A stretch of 64,000 nucleotides of DNA from Mytilus edulis (taxonomy: Eukaryota): assembly GCF_963676685.1 (NCBI RefSeq), contig NC_092349.1, forward strand, positions 80,538,001 to 80,602,000. Reading direction: 5' to 3'. Shown one piece after another: positions 1 through 13,800 of this stretch. Position 1 is the first letter of the stretch. Each line of letters starts with the position of its first letter. The notes under the pieces are model-generated. The model did not search any database. It had not been told where the DNA came from and worked only from the letters and a program-made list of their open reading frames with translations. Position numbers and translations under genes: made by a program.

Positions 1-260
1 AATGTGTCCCTAGTACACGGACGCCCCATGCGCACTATCATTTTCTATGTTCAGGGGACCATGAAAATGGGGCAATAACTCTAATTTGACATTAAAATTA
101 GAAAGATCATATCAAAGGGAACATGTATAGTATTATATTTCAAGCTGATTGGACTTCAATTTCATCAAAAACTACTTTGAACAAAAACTTTAACCTGAAG
201 CATGACAGACGGACAAATGAACAGACCAGAAAACATAATGCCGTCAATTGGGCATAAAAA
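1..260 (-). mobile_element. Helentron-associated (HINE/DINE-like) non-autonomous element, family 1
   Basis: Reverse complement of 13476-13780; ends gggcataaaaa; contains a (GACA/GACG)-type microsatellite. Confidence 0.7.
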
Positions 261-409
261 GGTTTTTATAAAAATTAGGAAATTTGGTATGATTGCTAAT
301 GATATTAAAGACCCTGACATGAAAATATGAAGCAATTCAGTTAAGAAAACTAAACCTCTCTTACAGAAGAAGATATAGAAGATAAGACCGTTTTTAATTT
401 CTCATATTA

Positions 410-625
410 CTGTAAAGCGGGTATTATCTCCGGGTGTAAATTTTCGCCTATTTTCGCAGATAGAACAAAATTGCCAAAATAAATTCCGCCAATTTAAAAG
501 TGCACATGCAAAGGTATTGATAAAAGTTTTAAATTCCTCGAAAGAATTAACTGCAAAATATTTTGTATACCTTATTTAATGAAAATAACGAAATTTTACA
601 CCTGCAAAAATAACCCTCTATACAG
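410..625. mobile_element. TA-flanked MITE (Tc1/mariner-type target site)
   Basis: TA|ctgtaaagcgggtattatctccgggtgtaaattttcg ... cgaaattttacacctgcaaaaataaccctctatacag|TA; imperfect ~37-bp TIR. Confidence 0.7.
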
Positions 626-631
626 TATTAA

Positions 632-1302
632 CCCTTTCGCCGATGAGTCCCGGTTTACCGGGATTCACGCTTCAGACAGCTGACGATGAGTCCCGTTTTA
701 CCGGGATCGGAATACCTCTTTTATGTTTCCCGCTTAAAACAGTGCAAACATGAGTTATCTTTCTTTGATGAATACCCGGATGAAAGTGTAAACATGACGC
801 TTCCGTTTGTTGAAAACCGTGTCAAAATCAGAGGAAATTTACGGAATTTACGAGAATTTGAAATGAGGGAACATTTTTTTTGAAAGAATATGGAAGAATT
901 GAAGCGAAACTAGTATACTTTTTTGACATAAAATGTCGTTTTAAGTACAAAACACTTGCAATGGACATCGTTCAGTGTGAGGAATTTGTACAGCCTCATA
1001 AAAATTTTCAAAATTTTGCCGTTTTGGGTTAAAAAATTACGATTTGGGGTCAAAGAGCAGAATTTTGAGAATTTCACCTAGAAAATGCAGAAAATTTGAA
1101 AATTTGAATATTTTAAGAAGAAAAAATTATTAAAACATGAATAAAACTGTGAACATGGTGTTAGTGAATGAAATAAATACACAAATAACTACAAACAAGT
1201 TTTTATTGACATTTATTATGAAGATCTCCCACTTGAGTAATAGTAGCCAGGGAAGCCATCGTCTCAGTGTAGCTTCTGTCTGGGCAGCAATCGGTGAAAG
1301 GG
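632..1302. mobile_element. piggyBac-like non-autonomous element
   Basis: TTAA|CCCTTTCGCCGAT ... ATCGGTGAAAGGG|TTAA (13-bp TIR, 1 mismatch, 5'-CCC end); subterminal direct repeat gatgagtcccg(g/t)tttaccgggat x2. Confidence 0.85.
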
Positions 1303-1574
1303 TTAATGATATAATGCCATTGTGCACCTTCTATTTTTTTTTAATTCTGTTTTAATTTGGAGGTTTCCCTATTTTTGTAAATCATAGAATTTGAATTTGT
1401 TATATTTAGAGGTTGTGAGTATCAATTTGTAAGCTTTGCTTCAGTTCTTCTAGTATTTTTAAGAGTTTCTGTCCTTTATAACTTAGACAGGAGCTTATAG
1501 AGGGGTTAACATTTAATGTTTACCATATATGTTTGTTATAGGACTTTGCTACTTTTGCTGTGAATGTATTGAAT

Positions 1575-1710
1575 ATAAAAAAGATGATGTGGTATTATTG
1601 CCAATGAGACAACTCCCCACATGAGACCAAATGACACAGAAATTAACAACTATAGATCACTGTACATCCTTCAACAATGAGCAAAGCCCATACCGCATAG
1701 TCAGCTATAG
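1575..1710. repeat. Short interspersed repeat (gatgtggtatgattgccaatgagacaact family)
   Basis: Related copies at ~7175-7260 (rc), ~29190-29290 and ~39880-40000 (rc). Confidence 0.75.
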
Positions 1711-1799
1711 AAGACTTTTTTGTCAAGAGATGATGTACATCAACTTACTTTCACTTTCTTTTTTAAGTTTCACATATATATTAATATAATATTTTACAG

Positions 1800-1899
1800 A
1801 TTGGATTGTTGGACAGACACAGGATTTTGAGTTTGTTTGAGAATTTCTGGGATACAGTCAAAGATAATATAAAGATGCATATGAGAAATCCTAGGAGAT
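1800..1899 (+). CDS. EFCAB5: EFCAB5-like exon a ([33 protein letters not shown])
   Basis: tttacag|ATT acceptor, T|gtaaga donor; the split codon T+GG gives the W of NPRRWP. Confidence 0.85.
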
Positions 1900-4800
1900 G
1901 TAAGAACATGTTTACTTATTTAAAACCAACATTATATAAATCAACAATTTTCGCTGTTGTCTGCTGTATGGTTGGGTTGTTGTCGCTTTGACACATTCCC
2001 CATTTCCTTTCTCAATTTTAATTGCAATTCTTGAAAATAATTTTGTGTCTTGATTATTACAGTCATCATTTACCTATTTCTGTATATGATTTAAATAAAA
2101 CTTAGTTTTTGAAAAAAAAAAGCACTATTAGAAACAATGGCAATTCAGGTTGTCCCATTCTATTTCAAAACATTTAAGGATAACAACATTATTGTCTTTT
2201 TTGCAAATTTTCTTCAAATGTTATGTTGGGCAATAAAATAAAATTTAAAAGTTGAAATGTGCATTTAATAGGGAAAAACATGTTAGAGGCCTACAGTACT
2301 CAGCTAATTGCAAACGTATAAAAAATTTATTTCATAATTTTACAGGGCCTGTGGTTGAAGTAGATGAAGTTGAGGACACTTACAACGATGATGAGGACAT
2401 TAAACCTGTAGAGGAGACTGAACAGAAATCTGAGGTGCCTGCACCCTCGAAAGAGACAACAGTATCAGAGTCACCAGAAGGTATGTCATATTGAATTGGG
2501 AGTATTTAACTTATATTTAACATTAATAATTCTCTTGGTAAAAATCATTGTAACAGAAATTTTCTTTGTGATATTTTTACTACACAATCTGCTATAGTAA
2601 TTGTCTTTTTAAAAGTAAAGATTCAGTGAACACTTTGTTCCTCAGTGACCCTTTATCTAAGCTGCCAAAAAGTACAAAACAAGTCTTAAGAACTCCAAAA
2701 CAATGACTGAGGCATAATAGAAACTACCTTAAATAGTTTTAAGATCCAACAACTGTTGTGCAATTTACCAAGAAAGGAATCTACAAATTAAAGTTCCTTT
2801 TACAGTTTAGAATTTTACTTTGACCAGCTCCAAGGAAAACATATGCCTAGACATTATGATGATTTTGATTATTTCCCTGTACCTCAGAATTCACACACAT
2901 TTAAATGTATTTTTATAAGCACTGCGATATGAAGATTCCACACATTCTATATGTTAAAAACTTTCATTTAAAGATTTTGATTAAATTATCAGTTTATTTC
3001 ATTTCGTAATTTTGTTGGCATGAAGTTTATATTTTCTTTATTTTTGTTCACTTTATTTTGCATGTTGTTTATTTTGTTTTTGTTATTTATTATCATCATC
3101 AGTTAAAACTGAACAAAAGCCACAAACTCCACCTCCTCAACAGGAAGAAGTACAAACTCCTCCCAAACAGGAGGAACAAAAACCCATAACACCTCCACCT
3201 CAAGAAAAAGAAAAGACTGAAGAAGCACTTAAACCTGAAGAAAGTAAGAGGGATGAAACTAAACCAACAAAAGAAGAAGTAAAACCAGAAGAAACTAAAC
3301 CATCTGATGCCTCTACAGAGGAAACAAAACCCACAGAAGAGGCCAAGCCTACTGACACTGAATCATCAAAGCCTACTGAAGAGGTCAAAGGTGAAGAATC
3401 AAAGCCTACTGAAGAGGTCAAAGTTGAAGCATCAAAGCCTACAGAAGAGGTCAAAGTTGAAGCATCAAAGCCTACAGAAGAGGTCAAAGTTGAAGAACAA
3501 GCACCTGCTGAGCCAAAGACTGAGACAGAGAAGTCTGAAGTTAAACCAACACAGGAACAGGAAGTTGTTAAAGAACCTAAAACTGAAGAGACCAAAGAGA
3601 AGGAGCCTGAAAAGTCTGCTACTGAAGGAGAAAATGCAAAAACAGAGCAGACAACAGAAGAGTTTAAGTCTGAGGACAAAAAAGTGGAGGAAGCAAGTGA
3701 AGTTCCAGAGGAAAAGAAGGAAGAGGAACCAAAAACAGACAATAGCACTGATGTTAAAGAGGTGTCTAATGTTGAAAAAACTGAGGAGGTTAAACCTTCA
3801 TCGGAAGGTAATGAGTAGATTGGATAGCCCCATAGAAATTACTACATGTATTAACAAATGATTTATTGGATTTATGCTCACAGAAAATGCATATATTTTA
3901 ATCAAAGTAATCAACTTGTCCAAATTAAAGAAAAACAATTGTCCAAGTAAAAGACTTGTACTGCAAGATTATTTTCCTGAAAACACTTTGCATGAGTTCA
4001 TTTTACTGTTTGTTTTTTATTTTGATTTATTTAATTTTTGCATGAAGTTTTGTCGTATTTTAAGTTGAAAATATCCTAATTATAAGTTATCAATGTATAA
4101 TATATTGTATATATAAGTGGAGTGCTATTTTATCAAGTTGCAATATTGCTGCATAACTTTTCAATTTTACAAGTTCCGCCTATATATAGATATCAATACA
4201 CATTATTAACTTGATGTGTTGATTATTATTTGTATAGATATCAGTGTGAGTAGAGAACAGTCTAAGGAATCCATCCACTCAGAGACAACAAATCAATTAG
4301 GAAGTGTTAAGTTTGCTGAAGGAACCACCTTTGATAGGGAGAGAACTGGTAGGTATTATTTTATATATTATAGTCATAAATTAAACTATAGCCAAGGGAG
4401 ATAACTGGTAGATGATATACTCTACAGTAGAACCACCTTTGATAGGGGTAGAACTGGTAGCTATTATACTCTATACGGTAGAACCACATTTAATAGGGGT
4501 AGAACTGATAGCTATTATACTCTACAGTATTGAATTAAAGTCCAATAGACAACTTTCGAGTTCAATGCATTTCCGTGAAAACTTTTGTTTTAGTGAATAT
4601 CATTTGTGTGTTGAGGGGCTTAGTTTTAGTCACTTCTGTTCCAATGTTGAACGAGTGGTTGAATAACTGTGATGCTACATTGCGCTATTTGGCAAATTGA
4701 ATTCTCTTAATTGACAATCAGCACTGCTGTCATTAGGGAATTGTGATTAAGTACCTACAGAACAAACATTTTTTCTAGTTTATCCTGCACAATGACGATC

Positions 4801-7800
4801 ACAAAGAAGCTTGATGCATGTTAATAGTGCAGGGATACAATCGATCCCCTCTATCTGGTAAATGACATCATAAAGGCATGCATAATTGACGAGTTTTATC
4901 CAGGGACGGACACTATTAGTCTACATTATTCCCTATAGCAAACGGAGACAACTGATAGGTATAATACACTATCGTCCTTCCCATTGGCTATATCTCACTG
5001 CTCTGGTGTCACAGCTTTGAAACATGATCAGAACTTACCAGCTTATAGAAGACCTTATCCCACTTTCTCTTTTTAAGCGTAAAACTGCCTAAGGGAAGGG
5101 TGAAAAAGACCAGAAATAGAAAAAAAAAGCCAGTTATCAACACAACAATATATTTTGGAAGTTTTTAGGAATTATTAAGCAGGGGAATTTCTTGGGTGTA
5201 TTTATAAATAACACTTGTTTAGACTACTAAATGACTTATGGTTTTGATGGACATACTTAACCATCTTGAAATAGAAGTTAAAATAGTATTTGAAACTAAA
5301 GTATAAATATTCACCTCAGTTAACACAGGTGTTTTTATATGGTTACTTGATACATTATTTATGTTTATTTTTGTGTTTTAATTTTCCAGTAATGACAGCA
5401 CGTAGTCAACAATCAGGAACCTCAGCCTTTGATGAGAATGTCTTGAATGTATCACAGTTTGTACAGCTAACAGAAACATTCCTCAATAAAGATGAAAAAC
5501 CAAAACAAGAGGCCTTCGTTATGTTGGCTAAGTTTATCAAAGAAGGATATGAAGAGACAGAAGAAGAAAAGATGGACAGACTTATTAAGGTACCATGATA
5601 ATTCAAATTGTTGTAAAATAACAGAACATCATTCTTGTAGGACAATGTCAGATTTTGTTGTTATTCTGTAATAATTTAATTTTGGATGTAACGCGTCTTC
5701 TGATTGGCTGACGTTATTTTGTTATGAGCCCATATACATAATTTAGTCATGTGACCGTGACGTCATCAACGTTTTTTCATGGTTTTCTATGGTTTAAAAT
5801 GGAATTTAGAATTAAATTATAAGAAATAACTGTAATATTTTTTCTGTCTATTTGCGCGTTATTCAGTGTGCACCAAATTTTTTATGCTATTTCTTCATCG
5901 ACAGAAAAAATATTACAGTCATTCCTTAATTATTGATTAAAGTTTTCTTATTATGGTTCATCTAAATCCACTCAGTAAATTTCCCAATCCCATCCTTTAT
6001 TTGCAAGACAAAGTTTTTTAGTTTTTTAGAAAACTCTTTTTACATTTTGATTGAATAAATAAATAAATAAATGATTACACTGGGCAAGATTTTATTTGGA
6101 TTTATTAGTTTTTCGCATTGATTTTGTCTTTTGCCTGGTCAATCTTTCAAAACATTCAAAGAAAACTTGGAGTAACCTGAATATGTTGTCTGTGTACTTT
6201 CTATGAAACCTATCCATATAAGGAATCATTACTGCAAGTAGTAACTTTATGAAAAATATGAGTATATTTCATCCTATTTGCTGACAATATGTCTGGACAT
6301 TTTATTTTTAGGCTCGTAAAGAGGCATTGTCATCACAAAGGAAACATATGATGGATCAGCTGTTTGAGAAATGGGATAATGATGGGTCAGGCTTCTTGGA
6401 TCTAGAGGATGTAGAGGGCATTATGGTTAGATATAAAGATGGACAAGAGAATGAGGCCATTAATAAGGGTAAGTATTTGATTAAAAATGGGATGTTAAGC
6501 TTCCATGAGGCAATTTTTCATGAGTATTTGTAATTGTGATATAAAGATAAAAGAAAATGCACATTCAATTCTTGAGTTTCTTACACCAAGAATGAATTGA
6601 TGTTTTAGGATATGTCTCAGAATAAAACAAGAAAAATACAGGCACACACAACACACATATGTATCAAATAATCAAAAACATGTCTCAGGTATGAATTTCT
6701 TTCCATTTGTCAATAAATGAATAATATGTATAAGTTCTGTTTATTTTAGCCGTTGTGCCAGAAACTAAAGAACTTAATCAATCAAATTCATGTAAGAGTT
6801 GTGTAAAAATGTTGTTACATGTATTTAGAAAGGAATGGGTTTGTAGTTAGAATTCACATAAAGCTTGTGTTATTGTTAGGGATCAATAGATATTAGTTTA
6901 TTCTTTACTCCAAGGACTAAAGGAATGTAATTATATAGCTGCAATAACCACTAAACATAATTACTTCATATTTGGACTGCAGCATGACACAGTGGGTTAT
7001 AAAATGTGAGCACTTTTTTTAGGATCTGTAAGACACAGATTTCATGATTGTTGATACTTTGAATTTTTCAATGAACTTAAATTTGTCATCAAACATTCCT
7101 CTATAACAACTCCTTCATAGTTGGCATTGATTATTTGTTTCAGAATTGATTGTTTATCGACAATTGTTTTACTTACCTATAGTTGTTAATGTCTGTATCA
7201 TTTTTGGTCTCTTGTGGACAGTTGTCTCATTGGCAATCATACCACATCTTCTTTTTTATATTAACACAGTTCTCAATGATTATTTAGGACTTGTACAAGT
7301 TAGAATTAGTTTGGAGAAAAAAGCTTTAGGTTATTTGCTTTGGTGATTGTCTGCTATGATAAAAATAAACATAAATATAATTCATTAAATATTATCATGA
7401 AGTACAATATATGTGTTAGCTACTGAATAGAACTTGTCAGTCTGAAGGAAAATAATTTCTTTACAAAACATCTACAATCTACAATTTACAATCTATGCAT
7501 TGAACTTTATTTTCTATTATGCATAAGCATGACATGATATCTTCTTTTTTCGTTTATATGTTACTTGTAATGCTATCTCTGTATTTAAATGTTATGTTTT
7601 TTCTTCTTTTCTCCTGTTTGTACAAGGATTTAAAAATATATATATATATATATATATAAGGTAGATGTATGTTTAATAGCATCCAACACATTTTTATATA
7701 AAAAGAGTACAAAAGGGTTTTTTTTCAATATTTTTTTTTTAAAGTGGTGGCTGAGTCAACTAAGGTAGTAAATTGTGTTATATATTGTTAAAATGTAAAT

Positions 7801-10800
7801 TTAATCAAAATGAGTATTAAGAAGTAGGCACAGTTTGCCCTCAATATATCTAGATGTAAATATTATGTTGGAGAAGTTCTACTGAAACTTCAAGTCAAAT
7901 TACCAATAATATTTAGAAATCACCTGTTCTTATAGAAGACAAAAATATAATGAGACTTATTCATGACAGAATAAACAATATGGGAAATATATTCTTCAAG
8001 GTAGAAATACATTGTATACTTATCAAAATTGAAGTAGTCTCCAGTATTTTTTATAGTCTATCCTGTTTTAGAAAATAAACTGTTTCTCTGACTTGCTCAA
8101 TGCTCTCCAGCTTTGTACTGGTTTGGCTTAATAACTATTTTGATCTGATGAGTCGTATGTAGACGAAACGCTTGTCTGGCGTATCAAAATTATAATGCAG
8201 CATTATTGCTGGTACCTTTGATAACTATTTACACCACTGGGTCGATGCCACTGCTGGTGGACGTTTCATCCCCAAGGGTATCACCAGCCCAGTAGTCAGC
8301 ACTTTGGTGTTGACATGAATATCAATTATATGGTCATTTTTATAAATTTTCCGTTACAAAACTGAATTTTTCGAAAACCTAAGGATTTTCTTATTCCAGG
8401 AACAGATTACCTTAGCTGAATTTGGCACAACTTTTTGGGATTTTTGGGTCCTCAATGCTCTTCAACTTTGTACTTGTTTGGCTTTATAACTATTTTGATC
8501 TGAGCGTCACCGATGAGTCATATGTAGACGAAACGCACGTCTGGCGTATTAAAAATATAATCCTGGTACCTTTGATAACAATTGCTGCTATTTTGTAGTC
8601 CATGTATTGTCAATATTATTAAGCTCTCTTTTGACTTTACAGCTAAAACTAGGTTAAAGAAGACTACTAAATATGCACAGGACAACAGACTCAGTAAGAG
8701 AGAATTTAGAACATTTGTCCAGGCTGTTACAGATGAAATCTCTGGTGCTGATTCATTTGATTATTATATAGATTTCCTAACCAATAGTGTGGAGGTAAGA
8801 GTTATGTGCCCTTATATAAGATTTTAGAAAGAGTTTATATGGGAAATGAAATCTCTGGTGCTGATCCATTTGATTACTATATAGATTTCTTAACCAATAG
8901 TGTGGAGGTACAAGTTGAAATAAGAGTTATACAAATTTATCAAAAAGGTAACTTGAACTATTATTTTGTTTGAAAAAAAATGGGAATAGGAGGAATATAA
9001 GCAATCATTTTCATATAATGATTTGTTTGTTTTCTCACATACCGGTATTCATCATTTTCCTGAAATCGCAATAATTCATCTCACATTTTTCCAATTTTTC
9101 AAAAATTGCAATAATAATTTTAATCAAAGACAATTATTTCTGGATTTGCATAGAAACATTGTGGGAAATGGAGTTATAAATTAAAACTTTTGACGTTAAG
9201 AAACATATTGTGACCCTTGGTGCTCAGGCAAATTGAGAGGCCAAATAGATAATGATACAATATGAGCATGAAAACCAAATTAAACTTTCAAGTATAAAAC
9301 TAAATTATATTTTATCTTTTACCTTTTAATCTTACAGAGAACCTATGCTGAAAGAATAAGAGGAGAGGCAAGAAAGAAATGGTTACAACAGGTTGTCAGT
9401 GCTGCAGAGACAAGTGGGGCCAGTATGGAACCAGTTTACAAGAGTGTCTTCCAGGCTTTATATAAGGTATGCAAATGAAATCACTGTAACGTTATTTTCT
9501 ATTTCCATTGTTGACAAAGACGTTTTCAATAAAGTACTCCTTGTACCACAAAAGCATATGAATTCTGAAATGAAAATATTTGTAAGATGTCTGTAAAGGT
9601 TTGACTAGGAAATATTGTTAACATTGTAAATATTCGATGAGATTTGAATTTTAAACAATCATTGAAATGTGGCAATTCTTAAGACATCATAATTGCTTTT
9701 ATTTTGATTGTGGTGCTTTTACCCAGATTTCATGGTTTGCTGTACATGGAAATGGGATAGTGCTAGTAGGACCCGTTGTCCTACGAACACATATTCTCAT
9801 TATCATTTACTTTAGACATTGATACAAATTCCATGTATTTCCTAAATGTATTTGTAGTTTTGTTATTGTATGATTAAACTATTTCCTATTTTAAAGGACT
9901 CTGAAGCCCATGGAAATGGTAAGAAGATAAGCTCCAATATTGCTATGTTGGAGCGTAATCGTTTTGATCAAGAACGAGGTGAAGTTTGTCTCCGATATGT
10001 GGCTGCCACCATTGATGATGCTGACTTCCTGCTCGGTAAAATACTCTACAAGGACATGAAAGGAATTAGGTAAAATATTATACTTACGATGGCTAGATGT
10101 TTCATAAGGAATAAAGAAAAAAGATTATCCGTTAAAAAACCAAACATCATCAGTTAAAGAGATTTTTTGAGATTTTTTGCTTTTATATTTATTTTTGTTT
10201 AACTTTCTCATCCTTCATTTATCCTTTTGGTATCAGACCAAACGAAAGAAATATTATTTGCTGTATGTTGAATTTTTTTATATTCTTATGAACCCTTTAA
10301 AATCAGATAAAAAAATGTTAGTAAAGGGAGATAATTTACTTGCAGTTTTGCATCTGTTGAACGAGGCCAACCAATACATGTACCCAGAGTGGCAAACCAT
10401 GGTAATGTACAGTTCTGGAATCCATACAGACTACCAGAGGTAAAGTTATCTTCTTATAATGAAAAATTGTTACAATTAAAAGGAATGAAAATGTTAAAAA
10501 GCAGGTACTTTCAAAATGGTTTATTGATGTATGTTAAGTAATGGACAATAAATCAGTCATGATAAATAAGCAGCTCTGAAAAAACTATTTTAGTTTAAAT
10601 GACATTAACACTACAAATTTTACTGCACCATTTGAGCATTTGACAATAAATTCTACTATATCTTTAGACTAAAAAAGGACTATTTATGAAAAATACTATT
10701 TTCACAATATATTTTTTTATTGTTTGCACAGAATTGTATACTGTTTATATATTTTTACCATATTTTATGTTTTATAGGACCGTGAGGGATCCTTCATCGT

Positions 10801-13800
10801 AGTACCATTAAAGGACAAGAGAAAGAGAGTGTTTGGATTGATTGGAGTAGACACACTCAACGACAGACATTCTAAGACTATCTTTATCACTCATGAAATA
10901 CAGTACTTCCAGGTAATTTAAACTAGTCATTGCAGTGTGTTTCATGGAATATCTATATATATGTTGGACTAAAAACAAAAGCTTCAATGCCTTGACAAAA
11001 TTAAAATTTCAAACTTCAATAACCCAAGTGAAAACTTTTTAAAATGAAGGATGTTTACTGTTCATCATTACACTTGTTTCTGGTTGGTTAAATAGACCAT
11101 TAAAAATGATTATTATTCAGTCAATTAACATTTTAGTAAAACATCATTTTGCCTAATTTGAAATTTTTTCCACCATACAAGTAGACAAGCATATATGAAT
11201 TAAATTTTAAAATGTAGAAATCTGTAAACTGAAATACAGTAAAGACAACACTGTAGTTGGTTCACAAATATTTGTTCTAATGCATATTCTGCAAAAGTCA
11301 TGAATTTATTCTACATCTCTTCTAAGGCATTAAGTTCTCACTTTATCACTCTGTACAGACACTCCGTCTTTCTCCACCAATAAAAACTTGCCTCCATGAT
11401 TAAGGGAGTTGGCTTCTCAGTTTCAAAATAATTAAGTTTTCAAAACACTAGCATATATTGATATGTGATTAATAAAGAAATCAAAAGAGCAAAAAAACTA
11501 TATAGGTCACCGTGCTTGTTTTAGAGATATAAGCCATTGAAATTTTGGCAGGTAAATGTTCTCTCTTGACTTTTCATAGCTTTATCATTGACAAGTTTAA
11601 GTCCTCAAAAACTTTTAAAAAATAATTTAAAAATTTTATCAGATTTTAACAGACAGCTTATCATTATACACGTAAAAGAATTATAAAAAGAAAAAAGGGG
11701 ATCACCGGGCAAAATTTTTTAAGGCATTCAAATGGATAAAACCAGAGGATTCCGAAAATCTGACCAAAATTCCAAATGACAATCGAGTGTCCTTAAGCTC
11801 ACAATGCTAAAAGTGGAATGAAACACCAATTAATGAATTGATAACACTATACCACAGTACTGTTGCAAGCTTTTGTTTTTGCTTTTCTTCATGAATGAAA
11901 ATAGATATAGGGTATACATCAACGAGTGGAAACCTATGATCCAAAGCCAAAAGACATCTTTGCTTCATGAGGCTGCAAAGATGTGCTAAAGGGTGGCATT
12001 ATATTTTAGTTCTAACTGATTACTAACAATAATAATATTGCTTAAGTTTTATCAGTAATTGTACAATTTATAATTGGATACAATTTGTTGCTGTAGGGTG
12101 TTGCTAAAGCCTTCAGTATAGCCTACCACCACATTGACATGAGAAAGAAACTCTTACGTATCACAGAAAGTGCTGTATCTTGGATCCACCGTAGAAATCC
12201 ACATGTTCATGAGATATCCACATACATGGTAGAACCAGATGGTAAAGAGAAACAGGATTATGTCCTCAGGAAGATGATGAACACAGATGCTAAAGGCAAT
12301 GTTCAGAACTTAATAAATCCACCCAGACTGGAAAGGAAGGATAATCTTTTCAGGTGGGTTATTGGTTATATCTTGGGTACTCTATCTGACTCCCAATCTG
12401 GTGTCCTTTTCACATGGACTTAGCTGTTAAATTTGTCAGATTTTATCTCTTGCTTGCGCTTAGAATACATAAGAATATAACAACACAATTAATGAAATTC
12501 TACCAAGTCTATGGCTTGCATGAATTTTTTCTTAAATGTAACTACTGAAATCAGTTTCAGTTTCTCCAAAACTTTAAAGTACTTTAACTATTGCTTCAGG
12601 TGATGAGATGGAAACACCAAAGTTATCAGTCGAGCCTGCCATATTTACACTGTTAAATTTGTTCTGTGTCTGAACTGTATGAATATAACTAGATAATGAT
12701 TTTCTTTGAAATTTCTGAAACAAAACAAAACATGACATTATTTTTACAATATGATAAGCATTCTCTTCACAATAATTACGATACCTTATTTTATATTGTA
12801 GGGATTATTTGTTCAAGACAGTAGACACATCAGAGAGTATATCAGCAGATGCATACGGGGAAAGACATTTAGCTTTTCCTCTTCGTGACGATAATGGCAA
12901 AGCTATAGCTGTAGTAGACATCAGTATAGGAGAGACAAAGATATTACCAACACACGAAAACAAAGAAGTTCAAAGAATGTTACGTCTTCTACAACAAGCT
13001 CATAAGGAAATTACAAGAGAATTCGCTGGCGATGATAAAAATATAGTGCTAGGTAAGTCATAAAAAGAGCCTTAAAACTGATTATAAAAATGCAGTGATA
13101 GGTAGGTCACTTGTCACTTTAGAGCCCAGTTCAGTGCATTTGAATGGATAATAACTGGTGTTTATTTGGTAAGAAAGTTTCTAAGATATTTCTTAAATGC
13201 TGTCATCTTAATTATTTATTAGACAAGACAAGAAATAAAAAACATACGCAAAACAGAATCCATTGATCAGGAAGTACACCTAATGCACTATTATACACAA
13301 TTAAATTCATACACCTTTACAATAGAATGAAATCTCTGATCGACCTAATGTTAGTGCAATTGTTTCGTTACAAATATTGCAAAATTGTTTGGTCAAGTGT
13401 TTTAGATATATATACTGTAAATTCAGAAATTATTTTGATGTTTTTATTATTGTGAAAAATCACATTTAAGGAAGTTTTTTTATGCCCCATTTATGGGCAT
13501 TATGTTTTATGGTCTGTGTGCCGTTTGTCATTTGTTAGTGTGTACATCCTTCTGTCCATCCATCTGTCCGTCTGTCCCACTTCAGGTTTAAGTTTTTGGT
13601 CAAGGTAGTTTTTATGAAGTTGAAGTCCAATCAACTTGAAACTTAGTACACATGTTCCTTATGTTATGATCTTTCTAATTTTAATGCCAAATTAGAGATT
13701 TTCCCCCATTTTCACAGTCCACTGAACATAGAAAATGATAGTGCAGATGGGACATCCGTGTACTGGGAAACATTCTTGTTCATAAAAGATTGGACATATG

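Larger units (their letters stand above)
8097..8580 (+). mobile_element. Non-LTR retrozyme (partial tandem, ~1.35 units) carrying two type-I minimal hammerhead motifs
   Basis: ~130-bp direct repeats (8097-8228 and 8452-8580), each with a hammerhead-like core; predicted cleavage sites C8176 and C8541 are 365 nt apart. Confidence 0.85.

Noticed and set aside
641-712. gatgagtccc...gggat repeats resembling a hammerhead stem II
   Set aside because: No CUGA core and no GAAA/NUH; they are subterminal repeats of the piggyBac-like MITE.
3200-3861. ORF-track proteins 3200..3748(-) and 3307..3861(+)
   Set aside because: Antisense and out-of-frame shadows of the low-complexity EFCAB5 exon 3103-3807.
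6451-6530. Possible fifth donor echo after exon f (atgaggc.att...agtatttg), and a weaker one after exon i (~10105-10130)
   Set aside because: Too short, gapped and AT-rich to distinguish from chance by eye.
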